Source: an uncultured Bacteroidales bacterium (GTDB lineage: Bacteria; Bacteroidota; Bacteroidia; Bacteroidales; VadinHA17). Taken from it: a stretch of DNA of 64,000 bases. Position 1 is the stretch's first letter. Every line of letters begins with the position of its first letter. A program made the position numbers and the translations under genes. Shown here piece after piece: positions 20,699 to 31,755 of the stretch. The notes beneath the pieces were generated by a model, which was given only the letters and a program-made list of their open reading frames with translations, did no database searches and was not told the DNA's origin. The stretch lies in assembly GCA_963717685.1 (NCBI GenBank), contig OY970346.1:1454981-1518980 (forward strand), given 5' to 3'.

Positions 20699-21652
20699 AT
20701 GAGTGTCATTGACAAGATAAAAAGCGCAAAAGGCCCGTTGTTCACCTTCGAGCTGCTGCCTCCGCTTAAAGGGCACAGCATAGAAAGAGTCTATTCAGCC
20801 ATTGACAGGCTTATAGGGTTTCAGCCGGCATATATCAACTTCACCACCCATCGGAATGAGATCACTTATAAGGAAAGACCTGACGGGCTTGTTGAAAGGA
20901 GGATAACGCGCCTTCGTCCCGGGACCATTGCCCTTGCCGCCGCAGTAAAGTATAAATACAACATCACGGTGGTGCCTCATATCCTCTGCGGAGGCTTCAC
21001 CAGGGAAGAAACGGAGAATGTTCTCATAGAAATGAATTTCCTGGGCATTGATGATGTACTGGCATTGAGGGGAGATCCCCAGAGGGGAAGCAGAACCTTT
21101 ATACCGGAAAAAGAAGGGCATTCTCATACTTCCGAACTGGTAAAGCAGATCGTGGATATGAATAACGGGAGGTATCTCGAAGAGACATTGGAGGATGCGA
21201 CATCAAGTAATTTCTGTATCGGCGTGGCAGGGTACCCCGAAAAGCATTTTGAAGCGCCCAACATGCAGTCCGACCTGGAAAACCTGAAAAAGAAAGTCGA
21301 TGCCGGGGCAAGCTACATAGTGACCCAAATGTTTTTTGACAACGGAAAATTCTTCAGGTTCATTGAAAAATGCAGGGAGGCAGGAATAAATGTGCCGGTT
21401 ATTGCCGGTATCAAACCCATTTCAGCTCTTAATGATATTAACCTCCTTCCACAGACCTTCCATATTGAAGTCCCGAACGACCTGGTAAATTCAGTAAGAA
21501 AATGCGCCACTGACCACGAGGCAAGGGAGGTTGGAATTGAATGGGCAGCCATGCAGTCGAGGGATCTTATAAAGAAAGGAGTTCCGGGGATACACTACTA
21601 CACCCTGGGCCGCTCTGACAATATTGCAAGGATAGTGAAGGCGGCATTTTGA
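20699..21652 (+). CDS. metF: 5,10-methylenetetrahydrofolate reductase
   Basis: 317 aa. FTFELLPP N-terminus and IHYYTLGR C-terminal motif, typical of MetF. Begins 10 nt after metH. Confidence 0.9.
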   Translation: MSVIDKIKSAKGPLFTFELLPPLKGHSIERVYSAIDRLIGFQPAYINFTTHRNEITYKERPDGLVERRITRLRPGTIALAAAVKYKYNITVVPHILCGGFTREETENVLIEMNFLGIDDVLALRGDPQRGSRTFIPEKEGHSHTSELVKQIVDMNNGRYLEETLEDATSSNFCIGVAGYPEKHFEAPNMQSDLENLKKKVDAGASYIVTQMFFDNGKFFRFIEKCREAGINVPVIAGIKPISALNDINLLPQTFHIEVPNDLVNSVRKCATDHEAREVGIEWAAMQSRDLIKKGVPGIHYYTLGRSDNIARIVKAAF

Positions 21653-21744
21653 TTGCCGGAATGTATTGACAGGGCCTGGGTGCTATGTCTTAAAAATTAT
21701 AGATATCCTTTAAAAAGAAGAGGCTAATCAGCATGCAGCAGGAT

Positions 21745-23088
21745 TTACATTCTGAAAGCTTTCCTGATCTTGTCCACATAGTCAAGTTTCTCCCATGTAA
21801 AGAACTCGACTTTCTTCTGCCAAGCCTGTTTCCCGTTACCGTTCACACGGCATGGCTTGCTGCCCGGGACCGGATAGTAGACCTCAACATTCTTCACTTT
21901 TGGATCCCGTCCGAAATGTCCGTATGATGCAGTCTCAAGGAATATTGGATTTTTCAGTCCCAAACGCCTGATAATCGCATAAGGACGAAGATCAAACAGG
22001 CTTTTGATCTTGGCTGAAATATATTCGTCGGAAACGGCTTTCCCCCTGGCATCCTGTATTTTTGCAGTTCCGAAGGTATTGACATATAATCCTACAGGCT
22101 CGGCAATCCCAATGGCATATGCAACCTGGATAAGGACCCTGTCGCAGACACCTGCGGCAACAAGGTTTTTTGCTATATGTCGTGCGGCATAGGCTCCTGA
22201 CCTGTCGACTTTTGATGCATCCTTGCCCGAAAAGGCGCCGCCTCCATGCGCCCCATGGCCGCCGTAAGAATCAACAATGATCTTGCGCCCTGTAAGGCCT
22301 GTATCGCCATGAGGACCGCCAATAACAAATTTCCCGGTCGGATTGACTAGAAGCTCAAAATGGGTTTCAAAGAGCTTCTTAATTCTTGGAGGCAGGTTTT
22401 TTTTGACCAGGGGAATAAGGATTTTATTGATATCATCCCTGATTTTGTCCTGCATGGCTTTTTCCGCAGCTTTCACAGAGGCCGGAGAACTGTTCTTCGG
22501 GAGTATGAATTCATCATGCTGTGTGCTTATTACGATAGCATTGATGCCTACGGGATTATTATCATCGTCGTATTGAATTGTAACCTGTGATTTAGCATCG
22601 GGCCGAAGGTATTTCATAAGCTTGCCCTCATGCCTGATAGCCGAGAGTTCCCGGAGAAGGATATGAGCCAGCTCAATGCTTAGAGGCATATAGTTATCCA
22701 TTTCACGGCATGCATATCCGAACATCATGCCCTGGTCGCCAGCCCCCTGGTCTTCGGGATTATCCCGCACCACGCCCTGTCGTATATCAGGTGACTGGCC
22801 GTGGATTGTCGATACAACACCGCATGAATCGCAGTCGAAGCGGTATTCTGCCTTTGTATAACCAATATTTCTTATGACGTTTCTGGCCGTTTCCTGTATA
22901 TCGACCCATCCTGCTGTCTGCACCTCCCCGCCACATACAACCAGTCCTGTCGTCACGAAAGTTTCACATGCGACCCTTGAGTCGGGATCCCATCTGAGGA
23001 ATTCATCGAGCATTGCATCCGATATCTGGTCGGCTACCTTATCGGGGTGACCTTCAGAGACAGATTCAGAAGTAAATAAATATCCCAT
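21745..23088 (-). CDS. metK: S-adenosylmethionine synthetase
   Basis: 447 aa. Motifs [12 protein letters not shown] and GGGAFSGKD, plus a Bacteroidetes-type C-terminal FFTWEKLD tail. Confidence 0.95.
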   Translation of the reverse strand: MGYLFTSESVSEGHPDKVADQISDAMLDEFLRWDPDSRVACETFVTTGLVVCGGEVQTAGWVDIQETARNVIRNIGYTKAEYRFDCDSCGVVSTIHGQSPDIRQGVVRDNPEDQGAGDQGMMFGYACREMDNYMPLSIELAHILLRELSAIRHEGKLMKYLRPDAKSQVTIQYDDDNNPVGINAIVISTQHDEFILPKNSSPASVKAAEKAMQDKIRDDINKILIPLVKKNLPPRIKKLFETHFELLVNPTGKFVIGGPHGDTGLTGRKIIVDSYGGHGAHGGGAFSGKDASKVDRSGAYAARHIAKNLVAAGVCDRVLIQVAYAIGIAEPVGLYVNTFGTAKIQDARGKAVSDEYISAKIKSLFDLRPYAIIRRLGLKNPIFLETASYGHFGRDPKVKNVEVYYPVPGSKPCRVNGNGKQAWQKKVEFFTWEKLDYVDKIRKAFRM

Positions 23089-23252
23089 TCTGATCTAAAT
23101 TTTTAATTAAACAAAAGATGGTAAGATTGGTTGGCAGGAAAAACAATAAATCTTGGCGTTTTAGCATTTTTTCCCGTGGTTGCAATCTGCACAAATCTTT
23201 CCACCTATAAAACCATGGCACAAAGCAAATAAAAAAAAACAAGAAAAAAAAA

Positions 23253-24167
23253 TTAACCCGAGGTCAGTATCCTGAAGATATCCTCAAGGTTGTTTTCTTC
23301 TTTCCGCAAGGAGAGGACGGTCAGCTTGTTAGTGACTGCAAATGAAAATATTAAAGGACGTATATCATCGTTGCCTTCGGCCTCTATTATTCTGACATTA
23401 TTTTCCTGGCTGCGAACCATTACTACATTAGGGATGCTGAGAAGCCCGGAATCATTTATATCCCGGTCAAATTCAACATGAATTACCTGCCTGGGATTCC
23501 GTATCTTCGAGTATATCCTGTTTTTTTCCTCATCAGCGACGATAATGCCTTTATCAATAATTATTATGCGGTCGCAAATCGCTTCGACCTCCTGCATAAT
23601 GTGGGTGGAAAGCAGTATCGTCTTCTCCTTTCCTGCATCTCTGATAAGGTTGCGGCTTTCCACAATCTGGTTAGGGTCGAGGCCTGATGTTGCCTCATCC
23701 AGAATAAGGACCCCGGGATTATGGATCAGTGCCTGGGCGAGTCCAACCCTCTGCCTGAAGCCTTTTGACAGCGAGCCTATCTTTTTATTCTGCTCGGGAG
23801 TCAGGCCGGTGAGCTCAATGATATTATCAACCAGCTTTTTGACATTATTCGTAATCCTGTAGACGGAAGCGACAAATCCCAGGTATTCCCTGACGTACAT
23901 CTCGGGATACAGAGGGTTGTTCTCGGGAAGATATCCGATATCTTTTCGGATCCCGGTATTTTCAGTGGAGATTTCGGTGTCATTTACAAAAACGGTTCCG
24001 GAAGAACAGGGGATGAAACCGGTAATTATCTTCATCATGGTTGATTTGCCTGCGCCGTTTGGCCCCAGGAAAGCAACTATTTCACCTGTCCGCACTTCGA
24101 AGGAGACATTATCGAGCGCTTTCTGTTCGCCGTAAAATTTTGTCACCTCCCGAACTAAAATAGACAT
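23253..24167 (-). CDS. gldA: ABC transporter ATP-binding protein, GldA-like
   Basis: 304 aa. Walker A GPNGAGKST, signature LSKGFRQRVGLAQA, Walker B LILDEATSGLD. The N-terminus closely resembles my memory of Flavobacterium GldA. The symbol is tentative. Confidence 0.6.
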   Translation of the reverse strand: MSILVREVTKFYGEQKALDNVSFEVRTGEIVAFLGPNGAGKSTMMKIITGFIPCSSGTVFVNDTEISTENTGIRKDIGYLPENNPLYPEMYVREYLGFVASVYRITNNVKKLVDNIIELTGLTPEQNKKIGSLSKGFRQRVGLAQALIHNPGVLILDEATSGLDPNQIVESRNLIRDAGKEKTILLSTHIMQEVEAICDRIIIIDKGIIVADEEKNRIYSKIRNPRQVIHVEFDRDINDSGLLSIPNVVMVRSQENNVRIIEAEGNDDIRPLIFSFAVTNKLTVLSLRKEENNLEDIFRILTSG

Positions 24168-24198
24168 CGTTCAGAATAAGTTATGCGATTACCTGCCA

Positions 24199-25074
24199 TC
24201 AGGCTCCCCATCCTCCCATAAACTGCGATGTGCTTGCATACGAGGATTTCGGATTCACGCAGCATACAGGTATTTTTGAGCTGTTTGCTATAATATACTG
24301 TTCCGATGCCCCCATCATATAATCAAGCAGCATAATATTCTTGGTTGTCATGATGACAATGAGGTCGGCATTTATTTTCTGTGCAAAATCCAGTGTCTGT
24401 TCTGCAAAATCACCCTTGGGAACCTCATGGATTTCATATTCTATATTGTTCTGAATGAGGTACCTTATTGCAAAATTCAGATTGATCTTTGTTTTCTTTA
24501 AAAGATTCTGATCGGTGGAAGTTGTGACAAGTATATGGATTTTTGATTCAAAGTACTTGCCTATGAAAATAGCCATCCTGATTTTTTCCTTATTTTCTTT
24601 TTTGAAATCAACAGGGAACACTATGTTATGGTACCTCTCCTCATCGGCCGGAGCATCCTGTACCACAATAAATGGCACTTTTGATTTCACTATGACTTTA
24701 AGAGCCCAGCTGCCTGTAAGCTTTTGCATTCCCTTCATGCCATGGGTCCCCATCAGGACAAGATCAACATTCTTCTTCTTATCATCCGGGACTCCCTTCT
24801 GATTGACGAAATCAGCAATTGCAGTAAAAATGCTTCCTTTTTCGACTTCCGAAAGGATGGTCATGTCGAATTTTTTACCGTTTTCGTCAGCGACATGCTG
24901 TAACAGCGCCTTCTTTTCACCCTCCTGGGCAGGCTTGATGCCCTTCTCGACAATATGAAGAAGGCATATTTTATGACCCACCATGCGGCTTATTTTTACA
25001 GCATGGGCAAGCGCATATTCTGCAACAGGAGTGAAGTCCCAGGTCACCACTATAATCTTTTCACGTTCTTCCAT
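24199..25074 (-). CDS. Universal stress protein (tandem USP domains)
   Basis: 291 aa with two USP-like halves (LVLMGTHGMKG... and LIVIMTT...). Confidence 0.7.
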   Translation of the reverse strand: MEEREKIIVVTWDFTPVAEYALAHAVKISRMVGHKICLLHIVEKGIKPAQEGEKKALLQHVADENGKKFDMTILSEVEKGSIFTAIADFVNQKGVPDDKKKNVDLVLMGTHGMKGMQKLTGSWALKVIVKSKVPFIVVQDAPADEERYHNIVFPVDFKKENKEKIRMAIFIGKYFESKIHILVTTSTDQNLLKKTKINLNFAIRYLIQNNIEYEIHEVPKGDFAEQTLDFAQKINADLIVIMTTKNIMLLDYMMGASEQYIIANSSKIPVCCVNPKSSYASTSQFMGGWGA

Positions 25075-25345
25075 ATTTATTTAAGATTTTCAAATAACAC
25101 TCAAAGTTATTCAGATTTTGCCAATTATCAAACCACCCGGTATCCAGTGCTCTGATTCAGATAGAAAACTGTTTTTAATGGGAATTATTATTAAATACCG
25201 GATAATCCTATTGGAACGGGATAATACACAAAAATAATGCCATTTTTGAACAGAAAAGGCCGCGCATTACCGAACAGGAAAGGCCTGAAAACCGTACAGA
25301 TCAAAATAATGGCGAATTAATCGAGGTTTCAGGTTAACAATTTAT

Positions 25346-25353
25346 TATTTTTG
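25346..25353 (+). promoter_or_regulatory. -7 box (TAnnTTTG) upstream of asnS
   Basis: tatttttg at 25346-25353, 24 nt before the ATG at 25377. Confidence 0.35.
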
Positions 25354-25376
25354 CGAGGTAATTTTTATTCAAAAAA

Positions 25377-26765
25377 ATGAAACGGACAAAGGTAAAAACG
25401 CTGTTATCATCACCCGATATCGGATCGGAAGTTATTGTGAAAGGATGGGTGAGAACAAAGCGCGGGAACAAGAACATTATTTTCATTGCCCTTAACGACG
25501 GATCAACGATAAATAATATTCAGGTCGTAGCGGAATCTTTATCATTTGATGAAAGCCTGATGAAGGATATTACGACTGGAGCCTGTATTTCGGTCAGGGG
25601 CAGGCTTGTTAAATCGCAGGGAAAGGAGCAGAGCGTGGAAATTATTGCGGAAACAATTGATCTTCTCGGAAAATGCGATGCTGAGACATATCCTCTGCAG
25701 AAAAAAGGACATTCGATGGAATTTCTGCGGGAAATTGCACACCTGCGCCCGAGGACGAATACTTTCAGCGCGGTATTAAGAATAAGGCATGCGATGGCTT
25801 TCGCAATTCATAAATACTTTAACGAAAGAGGATTCTTCTATCTTCACACGCCCATCATAACTGGAAGCGATGCGGAAGGGGCAGGTGAAATGTTCCATGT
25901 GACAACCCTGGATCTGAACAACGTTCCCATGAACGATGAGGGAACAGTCGATTTTTATAAGGATTTCTTTGGAAAGCCTGCGAACCTGACAGTCTCCGGC
26001 CAGCTTGAAGGAGAACTCGGAGCACTTGCACTCGGCGATATTTATACTTTCGGACCGACTTTCAGGGCCGAGAATTCAAATACCCCAAGACACCTTGCCG
26101 AATTCTGGATGATTGAGCCGGAAATGGCTTTTTATGATCTGGACGACAATATGGATCTTGCAGAGGACTTTGTAAAAAACCTGATCAGCTATGCCCTTCT
26201 GAACTGCAGGGATGACCTTGAGTTCCTTAACAACATGATAGATAAGGGCCTGATTGAAAGGCTCAATTTTGTCGTGAGGAATGAATTTACCAGAATGACA
26301 TATACCGATGCAATGGAAATTCTTGTCAGTTCAGGCAAAAAATGGGAATATCCCATAGGCTGGGGAAAGGATCTTCAGGCTGAGCATGAAAGATATCTTG
26401 TGGAGGAACATTTTAAAAGGCCCGTTATCCTGACTGATTACCCAAAAGAAATCAAAGCCTTTTACATGAAACAGAACGATGACAGGAAGACCGTAAGGGC
26501 GATGGACGTTCTTTTCCCCGGCATAGGAGAAATTATAGGAGGCTCACAGAGGGAAGAAAGCTATGATAAGCTTTATGCCCGCATCAAGGAGCTTAATATG
26601 CCTGAAAAAGATCTCTGGTGGTACCTGGAAACAAGAAAATTCGGAACAGCACCTCACAGCGGGTTTGGTTTGGGATTCGAAAGAATGATCCAGTTTGTAA
26701 CCGGGATGACAAATATACGGGATGTCATTCCATTCCCGAGAACGCCGAAAAATGCAGAGTTTTAA
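25377..26765 (+). CDS. asnS: Asparagine--tRNA ligase
   Basis: 462 aa class IIb enzyme. OB-fold N-terminus, motif 2 [21 protein letters not shown] and motif 3 GFGLGFERM. Confidence 0.92.
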   Translation: MKRTKVKTLLSSPDIGSEVIVKGWVRTKRGNKNIIFIALNDGSTINNIQVVAESLSFDESLMKDITTGACISVRGRLVKSQGKEQSVEIIAETIDLLGKCDAETYPLQKKGHSMEFLREIAHLRPRTNTFSAVLRIRHAMAFAIHKYFNERGFFYLHTPIITGSDAEGAGEMFHVTTLDLNNVPMNDEGTVDFYKDFFGKPANLTVSGQLEGELGALALGDIYTFGPTFRAENSNTPRHLAEFWMIEPEMAFYDLDDNMDLAEDFVKNLISYALLNCRDDLEFLNNMIDKGLIERLNFVVRNEFTRMTYTDAMEILVSSGKKWEYPIGWGKDLQAEHERYLVEEHFKRPVILTDYPKEIKAFYMKQNDDRKTVRAMDVLFPGIGEIIGGSQREESYDKLYARIKELNMPEKDLWWYLETRKFGTAPHSGFGLGFERMIQFVTGMTNIRDVIPFPRTPKNAEF

Positions 26766-26801
26766 CATAATTAACCGCAGGTTTAAATTGTACAGACAGG
26801 G

Positions 26802-28271
26802 ATGTTAAATCAGAAGTTACAGCAGAAATTGCTTCAGAAACTGTCTCCCCAGCAGATCCAGATGATAAAGCTGCTGGAGGTCCCGACCATGCAGATCGAT
26901 CAGCGGATAAAGAAAGAGCTGGAGGAAAACCCTGCTCTTGAAGAAGGTCCGCAGGAAGAAGATATTCCTGCAGAAGATAACCCGGGAGAACAGCCTGAGG
27001 GAAATGAAACTGATGTAAATAATGACCAGGACGAATTCACTCTCGATGACTATATGGAGGATGACGATATCCCTGAGTACCGGCTTCAGACAAATAATTA
27101 CAGCAGGGATGAAGAAAAAAGATCAGAAATACCATTTTCTGAAGGCGCTTCATTTCATGAGAATCTGATATCACAGCTTGGCCTGAGAGAGCTTACTGAC
27201 AAGCAGTTAGTTCTGGGCGAGTATATGATAGGCGATATCGACGAAGACGGCTACCTAAGAAGGGAACTGGCAAATATGGCAGATGACCTTGCTTTTTCCC
27301 AGAACCTTACAGCTACGATCGGGGAGCTGGAAGAAGTCCTTAAAGTAATACAGGATCTTGACCCTGCCGGCATCGGAGCCAGATCACTGAAGGAATGCCT
27401 GCTGCTTCAGCTTGAGAAAAAAGACTTATCACAGCCTGCGGTGCGGCTTGCCCATACAATCATTGAACAGTATTTTGAGGAATTTTCAAAACGGCATTAT
27501 GATAAGATAATCAGCCGTATGGAAATACATAATGACGATTTGAAATCGGCAATTGATGAGATACTTAAACTGAACCCAAAGCCGGGGGGCGTATACAGCG
27601 ATTCCTTAACGAGGATATCCCAGCCGGTAATTCCCGACTTCATCCTTGAACAGTCGGAGGACGGATTTGACCTGCATCTGAATTCGAAGAATCTCCCGGA
27701 GCTGAGACTGAGCCCTGTATACAGCGAAATGCTGAAAGATTATACCAGGGACAAAAGCAATAAAAAAGAGATGAAGGATGCAATCTTTTTTGTGAAACAG
27801 AAAATCGACTCGGCGAGGTGGTTCATAGATGCCATCAGGCAAAGACAGAATACGCTTCTTCTTACTATGAACGCGATCCTGGAATACCAGAAAGAATATT
27901 TCACCGATGGTGATGAAACCAGGCTGAAGCCTATGATCCTCAAGGATGTTGCAGATATGACCGGCCTTGATATTTCGACTGTTTCAAGGGTTGCAAACAG
28001 CAAGTACATTCAGACAGATTTCGGGATTTTTCCCCTGAAATTCTTCTTCTCAGAAGGGTTGCAGACCGACAGCGGCGAAGAGGTATCAACAAGGGAAATA
28101 AAAAGGATACTGCAGGATTGCATTGAAAATGAACAGAAAAGAAAACCGCTTACGGATGACAAGCTCACCAGGATCCTTAAGGAAAAAGGATATCAGATAG
28201 CCCGGCGCACCGTGGCAAAATACCGGGAACAACTCAATATCCCGGTGGCAAGACTAAGAAGGGAGATCTGA
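26802..28271 (+). CDS. rpoN: RNA polymerase sigma-54 factor
   Basis: 489 aa. Q-rich N-terminus, acidic region and the C-terminal RpoN box ARRTVAKYR. Confidence 0.93.
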   Translation: MLNQKLQQKLLQKLSPQQIQMIKLLEVPTMQIDQRIKKELEENPALEEGPQEEDIPAEDNPGEQPEGNETDVNNDQDEFTLDDYMEDDDIPEYRLQTNNYSRDEEKRSEIPFSEGASFHENLISQLGLRELTDKQLVLGEYMIGDIDEDGYLRRELANMADDLAFSQNLTATIGELEEVLKVIQDLDPAGIGARSLKECLLLQLEKKDLSQPAVRLAHTIIEQYFEEFSKRHYDKIISRMEIHNDDLKSAIDEILKLNPKPGGVYSDSLTRISQPVIPDFILEQSEDGFDLHLNSKNLPELRLSPVYSEMLKDYTRDKSNKKEMKDAIFFVKQKIDSARWFIDAIRQRQNTLLLTMNAILEYQKEYFTDGDETRLKPMILKDVADMTGLDISTVSRVANSKYIQTDFGIFPLKFFFSEGLQTDSGEEVSTREIKRILQDCIENEQKRKPLTDDKLTRILKEKGYQIARRTVAKYREQLNIPVARLRREI

Positions 28272-28903
28272 TGGAATATATGACAAGGCAATCTATATTT
28301 GATACACTGGCAAAAACAGTCTCAGTGCTGTTTCATCCGCTGCTGGTGACTTTTTACGGCATGCTGATCATCGTTCTTGCGCCGACACTCTTTGGATTTC
28401 TACCACCTGAAATAAAAAAAATCCTGCTGCTGATAGTTTTCATAAATAACGTCCTGATTCCGATCTCACTCATTCCATACTTCAGGTATCGAAAAATAAT
28501 CAGCTCCTGGGTTATGATAAGCAGGCAGGAAAGAATAATACCCATATTTGTAACTACCTTTTTCTATTTTATCACTGTTTCTATTTTTCTCAGGTTCCAG
28601 ATACCCGTTTTTATAAAAGCATTTCTTTTGATGGCAGCTATCCTTGCACTTGCCCTGGCAATAATAAACTTCAGACTCCGGATATCAATTCATTCAGCGG
28701 GAGCAGGCGCCCTGCTGGCATTGGTATTTATACTTTCAGTACAGATGCAGGTTGCTCTTACCTGGTATCTGATTCCGGCTATCCTTGGTGCAGGGGCAAT
28801 TCTTTCATCGAGGTTATGGCTTAATTCTCACACCCCCGGCGAAGTGTGGTCAGGCTTTTTCCTGGGAGTTGCAGCAACAGCCTTAATGCTGGTAATTTCC
28901 TGA
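28271..28903 (+). CDS. PAP2-like polytopic membrane protein
   Basis: 210 aa with about 6 TM segments. C-terminal SRLWLNSHTPGE fits the SR-x5-H-x3-(D/E) PAP2 motif. 1-nt overlap (TGATG) with rpoN. Confidence 0.55.
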   Translation: MEYMTRQSIFDTLAKTVSVLFHPLLVTFYGMLIIVLAPTLFGFLPPEIKKILLLIVFINNVLIPISLIPYFRYRKIISSWVMISRQERIIPIFVTTFFYFITVSIFLRFQIPVFIKAFLLMAAILALALAIINFRLRISIHSAGAGALLALVFILSVQMQVALTWYLIPAILGAGAILSSRLWLNSHTPGEVWSGFFLGVAATALMLVIS

Positions 28904-29986
28904 CAGTTCGTTCATGGCATTGTCAAGCAGGATCCTGCTTTGCGATATCATTTCTTCCGCCGGACAATCGTTTAGCTGATTTGACAGAAGCTCTCCGGCT
29001 ATTTCTTTCTGAAGGACGGACCTGAACCATCCCTTTCCTGCAAGATAACGGCCAAGATACTCCTGTTCGGTCTGTCCGGGCGTCGGGATAAGTATTGCGC
29101 TGCATTTCATGCTAATCAGTTCCATTATTGTCGTGTATCCAGCTCTTGTTATGATCGTTTCACCGGAGGAGACAGCATCCATCATCCCGGGCGAATCAAG
29201 ATGATTGTAAAAAACAATATTGCCTGAACGACGCATTTCATTTCCAATGCCTGGTCTGCCTTCGAGAAAAACAGTGATGGGTTCGCGATCCTTCAGTATT
29301 TCAGCCAGCTTCTGCTTCAGGATTTCACGCTGAGGTTCCGGCCCGGACAATATTACAGTATTGTGCCTGAAAGCAAATGGATTCGGCCCTTTGTCCTGAC
29401 TGACGGATGAGAACCTTGATAACAGGCCGATATACCTTACATTATCCGGAAGCCTTATGCCATGCGACAGTCTTCCCGAAACATTCAGTGAACCGGGCAG
29501 ATCGGGAATATAGCAGTAATCATATTTTCTGATAATTGCACGATGCATCAGGATCCCGATGAATTCCAGGAAGGTAAAATGCTTTGGGAAAGGGATCCTT
29601 GGCATATGGGTGACATACACGGTTACGACATCCCTGTTCCAGAGCCCGAACCGGTTATCGCTTATGACAATATTTATCGAATACTTACGGATTATTTTCT
29701 TTAGCCTGATGTGCTCTACTATGGTGTGATAAACAAGCACTGGCGTTTTGATAAGAAGAATGAGATATTGCGGGAAATAGCCTGAATAAGACGGTCTGAA
29801 GCCCGGGAAGTCGATAAATGCCAATCCGGGAAGCTCCTTGCTGAATAATGCCTGATGCTCTTTGCCGCAGCCGATTAAGATATTTCCTTTCATCTCAATC
29901 AGCCTCCTGGCAAGCGGGATCATCCGTGTCGCATGTCCCAGCCCCCATTCAAGAGGGCATATCAGTATATTAAGGTTTTTTATCAT
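28883..29986 (-). CDS. GT-B glycosyltransferase (MGT/GT28-like)
   Basis: 367 aa. N-terminal GLGHATR motif and a C-terminal nucleotide-sugar binding half (ITRAGYTTIMELI). Confidence 0.65.
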   Translation of the reverse strand: MIKNLNILICPLEWGLGHATRMIPLARRLIEMKGNILIGCGKEHQALFSKELPGLAFIDFPGFRPSYSGYFPQYLILLIKTPVLVYHTIVEHIRLKKIIRKYSINIVISDNRFGLWNRDVVTVYVTHMPRIPFPKHFTFLEFIGILMHRAIIRKYDYCYIPDLPGSLNVSGRLSHGIRLPDNVRYIGLLSRFSSVSQDKGPNPFAFRHNTVILSGPEPQREILKQKLAEILKDREPITVFLEGRPGIGNEMRRSGNIVFYNHLDSPGMMDAVSSGETIITRAGYTTIMELISMKCSAILIPTPGQTEQEYLGRYLAGKGWFRSVLQKEIAGELLSNQLNDCPAEEMISQSRILLDNAMNELSGNYQH

Positions 29987-29988
29987 GA

Positions 29989-30795
29989 TCAGCAGGACAC
30001 CTGAGACTTAATGCCGAGCTTGTTCACAAGAGATGCAATTTTCCTCAGTTCGGAGACAGGAATTTTTTTCAGATCCCCGCCTTCGGGTGTATCTCTTGAT
30101 ATCGTATAGATCATAACCTCAGAGGGTCTGATAATATCAATAGCCTTTATCCATGCCTCAATTTCCTCGTCAGTGGTATTGTCAATTTTCCGGCCATTGA
30201 ATGTTCCGCGGAGAAAAAGAGTCTGAATTATAAGCTTCCCGTTAAATTGCCGGAGCTGACTGATCAGTTCCTCCGGCTTAATATTCCCTTCCGGCTGGTT
30301 GTGAATCTTTATGGTCGGGTCGAGGGCAGAATCAAGCTTAAGGATATTTGAGTCGATTTTCATCAGTGCTTCCCTGATCCGTGGATTGCCTATTGCAGTT
30401 GAATTGGAGAGAACAGCAATTTCAGCTTCCGGGAAATATTTATTCCTCAATGATATGGTGTCATCGATTATATCAGGAAACCCGGGATGCAATGTAGGCT
30501 CTCCGTTACCTGCAAAAGTTATTACATCGGGTGTCTGGTTTTTTTCTTTCATGGAAGAGAGCTTCAGTTCCAGCGCCCTGAAAACATCTTCCCTTGAAGG
30601 CAGCCTGATATCACCTTTATTTTCCTTAAGAGTCCATCCGCATTCACAGTAAATGCAATTGAAATTGCAGATCTTTCTGTCGGGTGGCAAAAGATTTATA
30701 CCGAGCGAAACTCCCAGCCGCCGGCTTTTGACCGGCCCAAAAATTATTTCATTGAAAAGAAATGTTGCCATCGGGATCTGCTGTTTCAGCCGCAA
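29989..30795 (-). CDS. Radical SAM protein
   Basis: CNFNCIYCECG CX3CX2C cluster motif near the N-terminus. The true start may be Met9 (30771). Confidence 0.8.
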   Translation of the reverse strand: MRLKQQIPMATFLFNEIIFGPVKSRRLGVSLGINLLPPDRKICNFNCIYCECGWTLKENKGDIRLPSREDVFRALELKLSSMKEKNQTPDVITFAGNGEPTLHPGFPDIIDDTISLRNKYFPEAEIAVLSNSTAIGNPRIREALMKIDSNILKLDSALDPTIKIHNQPEGNIKPEELISQLRQFNGKLIIQTLFLRGTFNGRKIDNTTDEEIEAWIKAIDIIRPSEVMIYTISRDTPEGGDLKKIPVSELRKIASLVNKLGIKSQVSC

Positions 30796-30948
30796 AATTA
30801 ATAAAAAAGATACAATCCGATCTTTACTGGAAACCCTGGCATCCCTTGATCGGGAAGCAGCTCAGATCAGCCTTCTTATCGTCGTTTCAGGCAGGAGCTT
30901 ACTGTTCCTAAGGTTGGCATTTCAGGGTGAAGCAAGCCGGGAAGCGCT

Positions 30949-31755
30949 TCATAATGCTTTGGGATTCTTTCTGAATGAAAATGCCTTATTGGAGATTTCG
31001 ACGAACTTTTCATTATCGGAAATATTGTTTTCAAAGATATAATAGGAACCCTGAAGCTTGCATGGTCCTATGCAGTTGATTTTACCGGTTACATTATATA
31101 AATGAGGAGTGCCGTCCTTTATATATCTGACAGGTGGAAGATAAGTCCTGTGCCCTGTCAGGATACTGTCAGCGCTCACGTACCACGCCATGAAGCATGT
31201 ATTGTATGATAAGTCATCGGCGAACAGTGTCACCAAAAATGAAAGCGTAAACGTTCCGGGCCCGTTTACATCAAATGACAGGGAGGGAGTCACTGATCCC
31301 TTGGGATCGGGGAGCAGGAAATGGGCTGTATTTTTGTTCTTTTCGGCCTCGGTCAGTATTGCTTCCTCCTGTTTTTTAATTACCTGCGATTCTATTTCGG
31401 TAAATTTTTCCTGTATCATATCATAGATCTTTATCATCTGCTTTGGCTTATTCATGAAATAGTACCTTATGGTATTATTCATCTCTTCATATGTATATCC
31501 ATGATTTTTAATGATATCAATGTAATTGGAAACAGAATCCTTTACCAGGTACAAATCCCTCATCTGCGGAAGCGAAAGTATTCCATCGGCCAAATATGAA
31601 TCCTTAAGAATAGCAATAAAGTCTTTCTCAGGGATAAGACCTTTTCCTCCGGATTTATTTCCATGCCTGCATCCGGGGGCAATAATCAGCACTGCAAGAA
31701 CAATCAAAATAATCCTGACCCACAGAGTAACATGTTTTTCAGTACGATTGTTCAT
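30949..31755 (-). CDS. Hypothetical lipoprotein
   Basis: 268 aa. Signal peptide with lipobox (IIAPGC). 4-nt overlap with the upstream Lol-type permease gene. Confidence 0.6.
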   Translation of the reverse strand: MNNRTEKHVTLWVRIILIVLAVLIIAPGCRHGNKSGGKGLIPEKDFIAILKDSYLADGILSLPQMRDLYLVKDSVSNYIDIIKNHGYTYEEMNNTIRYYFMNKPKQMIKIYDMIQEKFTEIESQVIKKQEEAILTEAEKNKNTAHFLLPDPKGSVTPSLSFDVNGPGTFTLSFLVTLFADDLSYNTCFMAWYVSADSILTGHRTYLPPVRYIKDGTPHLYNVTGKINCIGPCKLQGSYYIFENNISDNEKFVEISNKAFSFRKNPKAL

